A stretch of DNA of 64,000 bases. Origin: Octopus vulgaris (Eukaryota). This document shows positions 14,516 to 25,840 of the stretch, piece by piece. Location: positions 81,778,001-81,842,000 of the forward strand of contig OX597825.1 of the NCBI GenBank assembly GCA_951406725.2. Direction: 5' to 3'. Under the pieces are notes generated by a model. The model saw nothing but the letters and a program-made list of their open reading frames with translations. It searched no databases and was not told the DNA's origin. Each line of letters opens with the position of its first letter. Position 1 is the first letter of the stretch. A program made the position numbers and the translations under genes.

Positions 14516-14708
14516 TCACTGCATCTGTTGGTGTTGGTTCTGTCTTGCTTCCATCATCTTTATGTACCAATTGGTCTTCTCTTCTAATGTTGGTTCCATG
14601 CCGTTATAATGCCGCCAACTGTCTTCTTTGAAGTACCACATTCCAGACATTGGCATTTTGTTCTTCAAAATTCTCTGCTGTTGTCTGCTGCCAAAGTTAT
14701 TACTGCAA
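14516..14708 (-). CDS. CCPG1: Probable terminal coding exon (...MWYFKEDSWRHY...NWYIKMMEARQNQHQQMQ*)
   Basis: TTTTACAG acceptor in phase 2 matching the 16052 donor (alternative CAG 6 nt downstream, same phase); non-repetitive sequence; TGA at 14516-18. Confidence 0.65.
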
Positions 14709-16051
14709 CTGTAAAAGATCAGATTTGGGAAAATCTTGAAGATTCTAAGAGTATCTGACATTTGATCACAGTGTGTGTGTGTGTGCGTGTCTGTGTGTGT
14801 GGTGTGTGTGTGTGTATGAGAGTGGATATATGTATGATTGTGCAAGTGAGTATGTGTGTGTGAGTGGATATATGTATGATTGTGCAAGTGTGTGTGCTTG
14901 TGTGTGTATGAATACACGACTGTGACTGGATGTGTATGGGTGACTGTATGTGACTTCATGAGTGCGTTTGTGTGTGTGTGTGTGTGTGTGTGAGTGGATG
15001 TATGTTTGCAGGCATAGGTGTGTACGTGTATCATTCTGTAATGTGGCTTCAGTTTCAATCCCACTGCATAGCACCTTACACCCATCTCTCTCTCTCCCTT
15101 TCTTCTTCCAAACTGTTCCTCCACCCATCCCTATCTCCCCCTTCATACTCACACCTCTTCCTTCATCTCACCATCACTCATCTCCTGCAAATGCTCTCTT
15201 CAATAACCCCCACTGTGGATTACCCACAACAAACAGTGACACAATTCAGCAGTGAGGACCCTTTTCCTGTTTTGTAGAGTCCAGGCACTTCATCAGTGCT
15301 GGTGCCAACATAAAATGGCAACCAATAGACTCTAGAAAGTGACTGTAGAATGAGCAGAGAAGAAACAAGAGGGAGAGGATACTTTAATCTGGTCTTGCTG
15401 GGGTACATGACGACCTCTCTGGTGTTGGTGCCATGACAGAATAGCATCCAGCCATAGAGAAACTAAACCCATAATTGAAACACAAGAGGGACTGGCACTG
15501 TCTGTGACAATCCTTCCAACACATGTTAATAAGAGAGAGCAGTCAAAGACTCATGTTATATCTATCTTTCTATCTATCTCTCTACCTACCAACTTATTTG
15601 TCTATATATATATATATATCCATCTATCTATTTATCTGTCTACCTATATATATATATATAAATATCATCATCATCGTTTAACGTCCACTTTCCATGCTGG
15701 CATGGGTTGGACGATTTGACTGAGGACTGGTTAACCAGATGGCTGCGCCAGGCTCCCATCTGATCTGGCAGAGTTTCTACCGCTGGATGCCCTTCCTAAC
15801 ACCAACCACTCTGAGAATGTAGGGGGTGCTTTTAAAGTGCCACCACCAGGAGGGCCAGTCTGTCGATACTGGCAACGGCCACACTCAAAAATGGTGTTTT
15901 TACGTGCCACCTGTACAGGAGTCAGTCCAGCAGCACTGGCATATGTATATATATGTATATTAACACACAGGCACACACATAAAATATACACTAGAAACAG
16001 CTTTTCAAAACTCGCAAACAGAAGAATACAGTAGAAAATTGTTCAGCTTAC

Positions 16052-17981
16052 TCTATTTTTTGACAGCTGAAATTCTCCTCCGATTCCCCAGAAGACGTGT
16101 CATTAAAGTGTACCGACCAGTAGGAGCATCCACACCTTTCGCACCCAACATAACTGGCCGGAGACGCAGTTACAGCCAATTGCCATGGTAACAAATGTCC
16201 GTAACACAGTGAGTTGGGAGGGTTAACGATCAGCAATCCTTGCCAACAGAGGGACCACCAAATCTGCTGGCACATGGGCCACAGCTGCTGAGACTCGACC
16301 GTTTCTCGAAGACAATCTTTGTTGTAATGGAACAACGTAAAAGCGAGTTGCCTGATCTTGTGGTGTTTCATAAAGGTGAAGTCCTCCTCTGAGACTCTGT
16401 TGATTCTCTTTGCAATGTTACTCAACCGTTTCCTGCACTTCAAATGCTGCTTTCCACCTAAATTATGGGAACGCTTTGATGACCATTTTCTAGAATATTC
16501 TCGATGTAGTTCTTTATTCCGTGAAGATTTCCGGGAAAATCTTTGGAATTTGTGCTTGCCTTGAGTCTGGAACATTCTCCTGTTTGGATCTGAGCTCCTT
16601 TTCTTTTTAATTTGTTTTCTTTCAAAATTCTCACTTTGATATTTACCTTTAATTGTCTGCCTACCTGGACGTTTCTTTCGCTTACCATTCTGCTTACCAA
16701 AGTGGTCTTTTTGTTCTTTAACTTGGAAACTAGTTTTTTTCTTTCCATTCAATTTATATAATCGCACTTTTTCGTTATTTCTATTCTTCCGTTTATGTTC
16801 CTGTTTTGTAATTGTGTCTTTATGAGAACGGGGACCTTCTTCTTTATTTGACAATCGTCTCTTTTCCCTTTTCTCCTGTTTATGAAACTCCCTATTTTTC
16901 CCTTTATTTAAATGATCCTTTTTCTTACTTCCATCTTTGTGTTTCTTATCAGTTTCCTTAAAGTTTTTGCCTAAATTTTGTCGGTGACTCTCATCTTTGC
17001 TTTTCTTCAGTTCATCAATGTTTTCAGGTGAAAATATCTGAAAATTAGCATTATAGTCATTATTCCAAGAATTTTCCTTATTGCCTTCATTAGTCAAAGA
17101 ACTTACCTTATTATCTTCATTATTCAAAGATCTTTCTCTATTGTATTCATTACTGAAAGATGTTTCCTTTCTTAAATTAACCACATGTATGTTCCGTCTT
17201 GGATTCTTCCCATTATCCTTATATTTATCATGCTGGAGATTATTTTCTTTAGAAACGGATTTCTTAATCCCAATTGATGTTTCACCCCCGTCTGTTCTTC
17301 TACGATAGTCTTTTCCTTCGTATTGTCCCAGCGTTGTTTTCGCTTCCATCTCGCTAGGTTTTTCAATTGGTTCGGGTTTGCGCAGATTAAAGAAACTTCC
17401 AAGATGATTCTTTGACAAAAAACTATCTAATTTACTACTGATTTTACCAAGAGTCTTGTGAAATTTATTTTGTAATTTTTCTTTCGTAGCATGGAGTTTG
17501 TTCAACATTTTTTGAGCGTACATATCAAGGTTTCTAAATGGGGGTCTGGATTTTCCCTTTCGTTTTTGTTGCTTCTTCCAATTTTGACTTTCTGCTGTAA
17601 AGTTCTGAAGTTTCTCAGAGATGTAATTTTTCCAATTTTGAGCCTTCTGTGACAGTTCCACAACTGAAGATGACATAAGTTCTTTTACGGCTTCTAAAGT
17701 TAAAGTGCCGTTGCCAGAGAAGTTCAAAGCTGTAAATGACAATTCTTTTAACAAATCATTTAAACTTTTCACGTCTCTGGGATTCTGTGAATGGCTGGAA
17801 TCATTTGATTGGCACCGTTTATGGAAGTAGAGCCTCTTCCACAGTTCAACTCTTTTAATCTCTCTCTCCAGTTTCTGTACAAGAATCGTAGAACGTTGAC
17901 GCTCATCACCTTCATCCGGCTTCTTGCTGGCGCCATCATTGGTAAACGGAGCAGAAGGGAATTCAGTGGTCTTCGTAGCCT
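16052..17981 (-). CDS. CCPG1: CCPG1-like large luminal exon (LEREIKRVELWKRLY motif, K/R-rich tract, Cys/Trp-rich segment)
   Basis: TTTTTGCAG acceptor; 1930-nt open frame containing ORF 16048..17772; motif resembles the vertebrate CCPG1 segment EQQRSDLWERLY (recalled, not aligned); donor GA|GTAAGC in phase 2. Confidence 0.85.
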
Positions 17982-18189
17982 CTGCAAAAATTTGATTAAA
18001 ATATGAGAGAATGAATAATATTAATTATTTGTCTCATGTACACATGTGGGACAAACAGACGGGTAAGCAAAAATGTCAGTGAATGATCGTTCCTATTGGT
18101 TTTCTGTGATATGAGGAGGGAAGGAATTCCTGGGGTTGGGGTCAACGCTAGGGATTCTGTGTTGGGTATAAGGGGAGGGGTGACTGGAC

Positions 18190-18480
18190 AGAAAGAGGGT
18201 GATTGGAGGAGGAGGAGGAGGAGCAAGAGGATAATGGAAGGGGGAGGAAGAAGAGAAGGAAGAAGAGGAGGAGGAAGTGGAGGAAGTGGAAGAGGAGGGG
18301 GGAGAGAAGAGGAGGAGGAAGTGGAAGCAGAGGAAGGGGAGGAGGAGGGGAGAAGAGGAGGAAGTGGAAGAGGAAGTAGAGGAAGGGGAGGAGGAAGAGG
18401 ATAATGGAAGTGGGGGAGGAAGAAGAGAAGGAAGAAGAGGAGGAGGAAGTGGAAGCAGAGGAAGGGGAGGAGAGATGATT
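18190..18480 (+). repeat. Polypurine (GGA/GAA) low-complexity tract
   Basis: About 290 bp almost entirely G/A, with internal duplications. Confidence 0.9.
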
Positions 18481-19899
18481 GGGTTGGGAATGTCTGAATA
18501 GAGGTGGCATGATCTCATCCATCTGTGAGGAGCAGGGGTCATTACAGTTAGAGGAAGAGGTCTTTTAATTAGTACACATCAGTATTGAAATCTAGTTTGA
18601 AAACTTGGCTTGTCAGTTTAGAAATGGCTGATTAAAATCATGCCATTCATCATGACGGTGATGATGATGACGGTGGTGGTAGTGGCAGTGACGGTGATGG
18701 TGATGCTGCTGCTGCTGATGGTAGTGGTGGTGGTGAGACACCTTCCTACGACGTGTTTAAACACAAACCTACGGACAAACAACTGACAAAAGCTGACTCT
18801 AAGGGAGATAACTATTGAACGACTTACAAAATTCAAAAAAAAAAGAACTCGGTGTCCACAATTAAAACAGCATTAAAATAGCCATCTATGTATCATACAA
18901 AATGTATATATACCATCGACAAGCATCATGCTGTGGTGTTTGTCAGCTATCCACAATATCACTGCATGTATTATTCACTGTTTTTTTTTTTTTATATCGA
19001 AAGAGACAGGTTTTTGTCTAGGTGATGTGAGAAGCAAGATTCACCCTCTTAGACCTTAGCCCCACCCACACCCACCCTGCAGTGGCTCCTGAGTGAAAAA
19101 AAAACATAATTGTTGCATTCACACAACGCAAGAGTAACTGGAGATTGCAGACAAAGTAATGGACAGAATCACAACAAAAATTCAGGAGGATAACAGGGAT
19201 AAGTCTTTCTCTTCCGATTACCGTATTTGTTCATTGCAGGTTAAACTAATGAACAGAATCACAAAAAAAAAGAAAAAAATTTATTCAGGAGAATAACAAT
19301 AACAGACTTCAGTTCTATATTCAAAAGATGAGGAATTATTTACATTCGACAGATATTTCTACTCATCTTGTTTGTTATTAACACAACATTTCAGCTGATA
19401 TACCCTCCAGCCTTCATCAGGTGTCTTGGGGAAATTTCAAACTTGGGTTCTCATTCCTTAGGTATTTTTCTATGTTATTCATCATCATCATCATCGTTTA
19501 ACGTCCGCTTTCCATGCTAGCATGGGTTGGACGGTTCAACTGGGGTCTGGGAAGCCAGGAGGCTGCACCAGGCCAGTCAGATCTGGCAGTGTTTCTACAG
19601 CTGGATGCCCTTCCTAACGCCAACCACTCCGTGAGTGTAGTGAGTGCTTTTTATGTGCCACCGACACAGGTGCCAGACGAGGCTGGCAGACGGCCACGCT
19701 CGGATGGTGTTTTTTATGTGCCACTTATTATTATTATTGTTGTTGTTCAAGTCACTGCTTGGAATTGAACTCAGAATCTTGGGGTTAGTAGCCTGCGCTC
19801 TTAACCACTACGCCATATGCCATTATGAAGTGAATTTTAGTGCTGATAAATCTAATATTTTTCTATCTTTCCTTAATACCGGTTCCCATTTGCTGCTCG

Positions 19900-19985
19900 T
19901 ATCTGCTCATGTACTCTGGCCCCACCAGGAAGATGTCCAAGTGCTGTTAGATCATGTGAACTCAATAAAGCCATCCAAACAAGTA
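19900..19985 (+). mobile_element. Penelope-like reverse transcriptase fragment
   Basis: WPHQEDVQVLLDHVNSIKPSKQ resembles the post-YxDD segment of Penelope-like RTs (FLxHLNSxHPxIxFT); followed by a tandem duplication of about 52 bp at 20040-20140. Confidence 0.5.
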
Positions 19986-20285
19986 AAAGACAAAAAAAAA
20001 ATGAAAAAACCTATGGAGGATACAATAACAATGAGTCATAAACACATGACCACAATGCTGCAATATGATTGGTTGTCTGTATTTAGGTCTTAAACACATG
20101 ACCACAATGCTGCTATATAATTGGTTGCCTGTATTTAGTATTTTAACTTCTTTTTCTATGTTGTTCATTACAGCTTTAATGGGAATCCAGTAGAGATTAT
20201 GTTTAGGCTGTTCCTGGTATGCCAGGAATATGGCAAAATTGGGTCAAAGCACATGGAGAGAAAATAGGAGAAAGCTTGTGCTTAC

Positions 20286-20556
20286 CGTTATCTTCAGGCC
20301 TGGCATCAGTTTCTTCATTGATTACAATAAAAGGATCTGTTGTCTCTGGTTTAGAGATAACCCCAGAGATGTCTTGTCGCAGCTCGACAATCTGTACGTC
20401 AAGATCTGAGATTCGGTTCTTGAGCATGTTATTCATCTGATGCAGTTCTTCGGATAACAGATGTTTCGAAGATAGCACATTCTGAAGTTCTTCTTTCAAC
20501 GAATGCACATGTTTGGTTAGGAGTTTATTCTGCTCGTTAAGTTGATAAACAGTCTC
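20286..20556 (-). CDS. CCPG1: CCPG1-like coiled-coil exon (ETVYQLNEQNKLLTKHVHSLKEELQN...)
   Basis: Long polypyrimidine tract plus CAG, G|GTAAGC donor; 271 nt, phase 0 to 1; heptad leucine pattern. Confidence 0.85.
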
Positions 20557-21987
20557 CTGTTTAAAAAGAAAGAAAAATTTAAAATTAAAAACAAAAAAAA
20601 AGAAAGAGGAAAAAATATATCTTTTATCTTTGGCCACGGGGATATGGTACCTTGTTTGAATGTTGTTGATGGCAACTGGCACCCCGTCAGTTACGGTGAC
20701 AGGGGTTCCAGTTGATCCGATCAACAGAACAGCCTGCTTGTGAAATTAGCATACAAGTGGCTGAGCACTCCACAGACACATACATTTAAAGTGGAGGCGC
20801 CAATGGCCCAATGGTTAAGGCAGCGGACTCGCGGTCGGAGGATCATGGTTTCAATTCCCAGACCGGGCGTTGTGTGTGTTTATTGAGCGAAAAACACCTA
20901 AAGCTCCACGAGGCTCCGGCAGGGGGTGGTGGCGACCCCTGTTGTACTCTTTTGCCCCAACTTTCTCTCACTCTTTCTTCCTGTTTCATGTCCCTGACTT
21001 CCTACGCAACCGCTGAGCCTGGATGCGCATTCATCCATCTGTTGATGCTCTCGGCGTCGGGGGTTGACCTGCTTTCTTTTCTGCGGGTCTTACGAATAGC
21101 AAAGGACCACGTTTCGGACTTCTCCCATCTTGTGAGCTCTGGGGACAAAGACCGTTCGCTCAACAGCAACAACATACAGTTAACGTAGTTCTCAGGGAGA
21201 TTCAGCATGACACAGAATGTGACAAAGATGGCTCCACTTCGAAATACAGGTTCAACTCATTTTTGACTACTCAGTGGATTGGAGCAACATGAAAATAAAG
21301 TGCCCTGCTCAAGGACACAACGCGTGGGCTGGAATTGAACTCATGACCTTACGATCATGAGCGGAATGCCCTAACCACTAAGCCACACACATTTCAGGCA
21401 ACAGTGAAGGAGGAATTGTATTGCCCTCCCATCTTCTTTGTTATCACCCCATCTATCACGGACATTCTCTTCTATCCTCTGCATCATCCCACCTCTCTCA
21501 CACCATCACCTATTTCTATTGCTTTCTACTACTTCCTTTCTCACACTACTCCCTCCTCAATAACTCAATGCAGCCATACATCCTCTCTCCCAACACATCT
21601 CCCTCTTCCATCATCACAACACTCAACATATAGCAGCCTATCATTGTCTCTCTCCCATTACTTCATCCCTCGCCACCCTCTCACTCCTACCATTCTGTTT
21701 CTCCCATCAGATCCATGCTCTTCTTTCTTTCTCCCTCTCACAACCATTCTCTCTTTACTAATACTCTCATTTCCGTTCACTCTTTCAGCCGCATGGCCTA
21801 AGAATGCAAACAGACAATATAGAGGAGGCAGGACTTTTTGGTATTGCAGAAGATAAGGCAGCCTCTCTAGAGCTGGTGCCATGAAATAACGCACTGAGGG
21901 TGTTCAGCTATAGAAACCATGCCAAAAATGGAAAGCGGACGTTAAATGATGATGATGATGATGATATATATATATATAAAAACGTAC

Positions 21988-22040
21988 CATCTGTTGTATT
22001 AGATTAGGATCATCTGTGGCAATGTTAAAATGATTATCTC
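21988..22040 (-). CDS. CCPG1: CCPG1-like short exon (GDNHFNIATDDPNLIQQM)
   Basis: TTTTTCAG acceptor, ATG|GTACGT donor; 53 nt converts phase 1 to 0 as the next exon requires. Confidence 0.75.
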
Positions 22041-23372
22041 CTGAAAAATAAAAACACAAAAAGAAACAATTCAATTAATTGATTGATAAATTCAAATTAA
22101 ATTTAAAGGAAAATTTTTTTTATAAACTTGGTTCAACAGTCACCCATAAATTGAAGAACTTGGGATCCTAATTAGCAGAGGGGGTGGGGTAAATTTCAAA
22201 CTGATTGGACAGTTCTACATCTGAACCAACAATGGAACTTCTATATGACAATGTCTATCTCTCAGAAACAATAATGACAAAGGACCGAGAAATTATGTCA
22301 TGTTCTGCATTGGCTTACAGATGTTTCTGCTGTCAGATGCAAAGCACTCATACTTGAATGACTGTATTTCACCTTAGAGCTTCAAACATATTGCACTTCA
22401 TGTTTGAAACTCCAATGAATCTATATGATGATACACAAGCACTCAACAATGAGTGCATAGCATCTTAAAGCTGAAACAGCTGTAAGCCACGATACAATTT
22501 ATTTCTTTTGTCATTATAATTTCATATCACTGCTCTGTACTTTGTTTTGAAGCATATGGATACCAAGTTCTAACACAGGGTTATTAGGTCCGTTATGTGT
22601 AAGCAAAATGATAAAATAGCAGAAGATCCTCAAAACGAGCAATGCCATTCCTTGTGTATCTGGTTTTATATCAGAGAGACCTTCTCCTAGCAATAATCTT
22701 TAAAAGAAGCTATGGACTGCCTCACTCCCAGCAAATTGGCACCAACCCAGAATTTCTGAGACCCCAAGCCTTATTCTTTATAAGCCTAGTACTTATTCTA
22801 TCAGTCCCTTTTGCCGAACTGCTAAGTTACAGGAACATAAATACACCAACATCAGTTGCCAAGCGATGGTGGTGGGAACAAACAGACACAAAAATACATA
22901 CATATATACAAAAGTCTTCTTTCAGTTTCCATCTTCCAAATCCACTCACAAGGCTTTGGTCAGGCCGAGGCTATAGCAGAAGACATTTGCCCAAGGTGCC
23001 ACACAGTGGGACTGAAACCGGAACCATGTGGTTGGGAAGCAAGTTTCTCAACTAGCAATTAGCTTGAGTCTGCCTTCATCATTGTTTAACGTCTGTTTTC
23101 CATGCTAGCATGGGTTGGACGGTTCGACCGGGGTCTGGAAAGCGAGGAGGCTGTACAAGGCACCAATCTGATCTGGCAGAGTTTCTACAGATGGATGCCC
23201 TTCCTAATGCCAACCACTCTGTGAGTGTAGTGGGTGCTTTTTACGTGCCACCGGCCCAGGGGCCAGATGAGGCTGGCAAACAGCTACGATCGGTTGGTGC
23301 TTTTACGCATCACCGACACGGTCGCTGGTCAAGGTGGCGCTGGCATCTGCCACGTTCGGACAGTGCTTTTAA

Positions 23373-23592
23373 CCCTTTCGTTATTGTATTTATTTTGAGA
23401 TGCTCTGTGTTTCTTTCAATTACTTTAAATATAACAAAGAATTTAGAAAAATAACTTAGTTATCATTAAGATAGTTTTAGGAACATAAATTGGGACTAAG
23501 CTTTGGTGGAAGATTTTAATTCAAAATTAATGGAAACAAGACATTTGTACTCAGAGCCAGAGCCGATTTCAGCCGGGTTGGTAACGAAAGGG
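23373..23592. mobile_element. TTAA-flanked (piggyBac-like) MITE, family 1
   Basis: TTAA-CCCTTTCGTTA...TAACGAAAGGG-TTAA, inserted in an RTE tail; another copy at 50854-51066. Confidence 0.8.
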
Positions 23593-23767
23593 TTAATGTG
23601 TCCCTGGCACGGGTATCTTAACTACAATTTCAATTTGATTTTCATTTTGATGTTGGTGTTAACGTTAACGTACTTAAACTTAAGCAGTATATTTCCTTAA
23701 AAAACATCCACAAAAGGGTCGCACTAACACACTCGGTACTTTAAAGGGTTCAAACGATTCACTTTAC

Positions 23768-24073
23768 CGTAATAGTAATGGGTGGAGATAGCATGAAGGG
23801 CTCCAAAGGCCAAGACCAGAAATATGAGAAAACCGCATGACCATTTGGGGACGCTCCTCTGGTTGTTTAGAATCAGCGAAGAGATTTCAGATTGAGATGA
23901 ATTCATAGGGGTAGGTGTTGCACTGACAGTGGAAACGGTCTGACTGAGCAGGTGAGAATCTGGTGGGTTTTGCTCAAACTCTTCTGCAGAAATGGACCCG
24001 GCATTGTTGCTGCACTCGTCATCAGCATCACTTGCATCAGAGATACCATTTTTGCAGATAGCATTACCAAGAT
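23768..24073 (-). CDS. CCPG1: CCPG1-like exon with the transmembrane helix (KWSCGFLIFLVLAFGALHAISTHYYY)
   Basis: TCTTTCAG acceptor, G|GTAAAG donor; 306 nt open frame, phase 1 to 1; hydrophobic segment of about 20 aa. Confidence 0.8.
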
Positions 24074-25017
24074 CTGAAAGATAGAGATGGGAAAAGTGTC
24101 AAAATCACCATAATAATAATAATGATAATAGTAATATGTCCTCTAGAGGAGTTAGCTCAATCCTTTATATATTAACCAAAATGAAGTAGATGGACAAAAT
24201 TTATTTTTTGAACCTGTTGAAGACACACAAGATGTTGGAATATCATTCACTAGCAGACAATGGCACTCTTCTTTTAATTATGACTCTATATCTTCAGGAG
24301 GAATTACCTCAATCAATAATAACAATAATGATGATGATAAAGAAGAGAAGGAGAAGGAGAAGAAGAAGAAGAAGAAGAAGAAGAAGAAGAAGGAGACGAA
24401 GAAGAAGAAGAAGAAGAAGAAGAAGGAGGAGGAGGAGGAATGAAAAAAGTGAATTTCAAAGCAGTGACAAGGAAAGTATTTTTATCTCAATGTCCACGTC
24501 CTCCTAAGGGAGATAACTCTGATACAGACATTATCTCCCTTGATTTATCATAATCCAACAAAATTATGAATACAGATACGCGCAAACGTTGTGCTATTAA
24601 GCCAGCGCTTCTCAAAGTGGTGGCCTGCGGACCGGCGCCGGTCTGCGAGCCATCAGCTGCTGGTACGTGGCGAGTTTCCAGAAAAGAACGAAACATTATA
24701 AAAATGCTTATAAAATGCTTATGCAAATATTGTATTATTTTTACACTGACTGCGGCCATGCAGGAGCACCGCCTTTTAGTCGAGCAAATCGACCCCAGGA
24801 CTTATTCTTTGAAAGCCTAGTACTTTTTCTGTTGGTGTCTTTAACCGAACTGCTACGTTACCTGGACGTAAATACACCACCTTCGGTTGCCAAGCGATGT
24901 CGGGGGGGGGGGGACAAACACAGATACACAAACATATACACATACATATATATCATATATATATATATATATATATATCAAATCCATAATAATAATAATA
25001 ATAATAATAGTAATAAT

Positions 25018-25575
25018 AAATGCCCTGATGCAGTACAAGGCAGTGGCTCTCTTGGCTTCTGATCTTAACTGATTGGAAGTGTTATCATGTACATTGTTTT
25101 GTCTTGGTATAAAAGATGGGCTACAGCAAATATTCTGTTCAATACCACAGATTTACTTGTCAGTTGTTTGACCTTAACCATTTGAGCATGTCCCTTAGTG
25201 GCTGACAATATGTGCATCTCTGATCACGAGCAGAAGTAGTGGGGGAGCATCATAGCCATGTGTTGAGAGGGATTCTTTGGGGTTTGGATAATTCACCTCT
25301 GGAAACATGGGTGTTCAGTTCAACATCCTTAAACAACCCTAATTCTGGGACCTTTCGAGTGGGATGGGCTACTCAACCTGAAGAAAATTTTAACTGGGCC
25401 CTACCTGCAAGGTCATGTGCTGTTTATGTTGATATGAGATCACCATGTCGCGCACATATGGTTGTGATGCATGTGCCTGGTGTACCCTTATCAGACGGGT
25501 AGTGATGATGGGTATATTGGGCTTCGTATATTTTACCTCAGTGTCACTTTGATGGCATGCACTGCTCTCTCACTC
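25018..25575 (+). mobile_element. About 560-bp non-coding dispersed repeat always found in (TAA)n
   Basis: Near-identical copies at 27438-27841 (5' truncated) and 29999-30548 (reverse); all end ...ctctctcactc(AAT)n. Confidence 0.8.
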
Positions 25576-25717
25576 AATAATAATAATGGTTTGAAACTCT
25601 GGCCCAAAGCTAACAATTTCAGAAGAGGGAGTAAGTCAATCCCCAGCGCACAACTGGTACTTATTTTATCGACTGCAAAGGGATGAAAAGCAAAACTGAT
25701 AATAATGATATTCTCAC

Positions 25718-25840
25718 CAGAATTCCTGAACTTGAGGTCACATTGGTCAGATGAATTTGGTCCACTTCCAGTTCTTGCAGCCAGCTGAAGATATGCCAAA
25801 TCTGAGAAGTTCTGCTGATTGAGGAGTTCAAAGTCAGAAT
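25718..25840 (-). CDS. CCPG1: CCPG1-like exon with a LIR/FIR-like motif (DSDFELLNQQNFSDLAY...)
   Basis: TTTTTTCAAG acceptor, TG|GTGAGA donor; 123 nt, phase 1 to 1. Confidence 0.75.

Noticed and set aside
18093-18542. Pro/Ser- or Glu/Gly-rich ORFs
   Set aside because: Intronic polypurine low-complexity tract
19879-19943. Possible extra minus-strand exon
   Set aside because: Its phases do not fit the 1-1 junction between 20286 and 17981; better explained as a Penelope RT fragment on the plus strand
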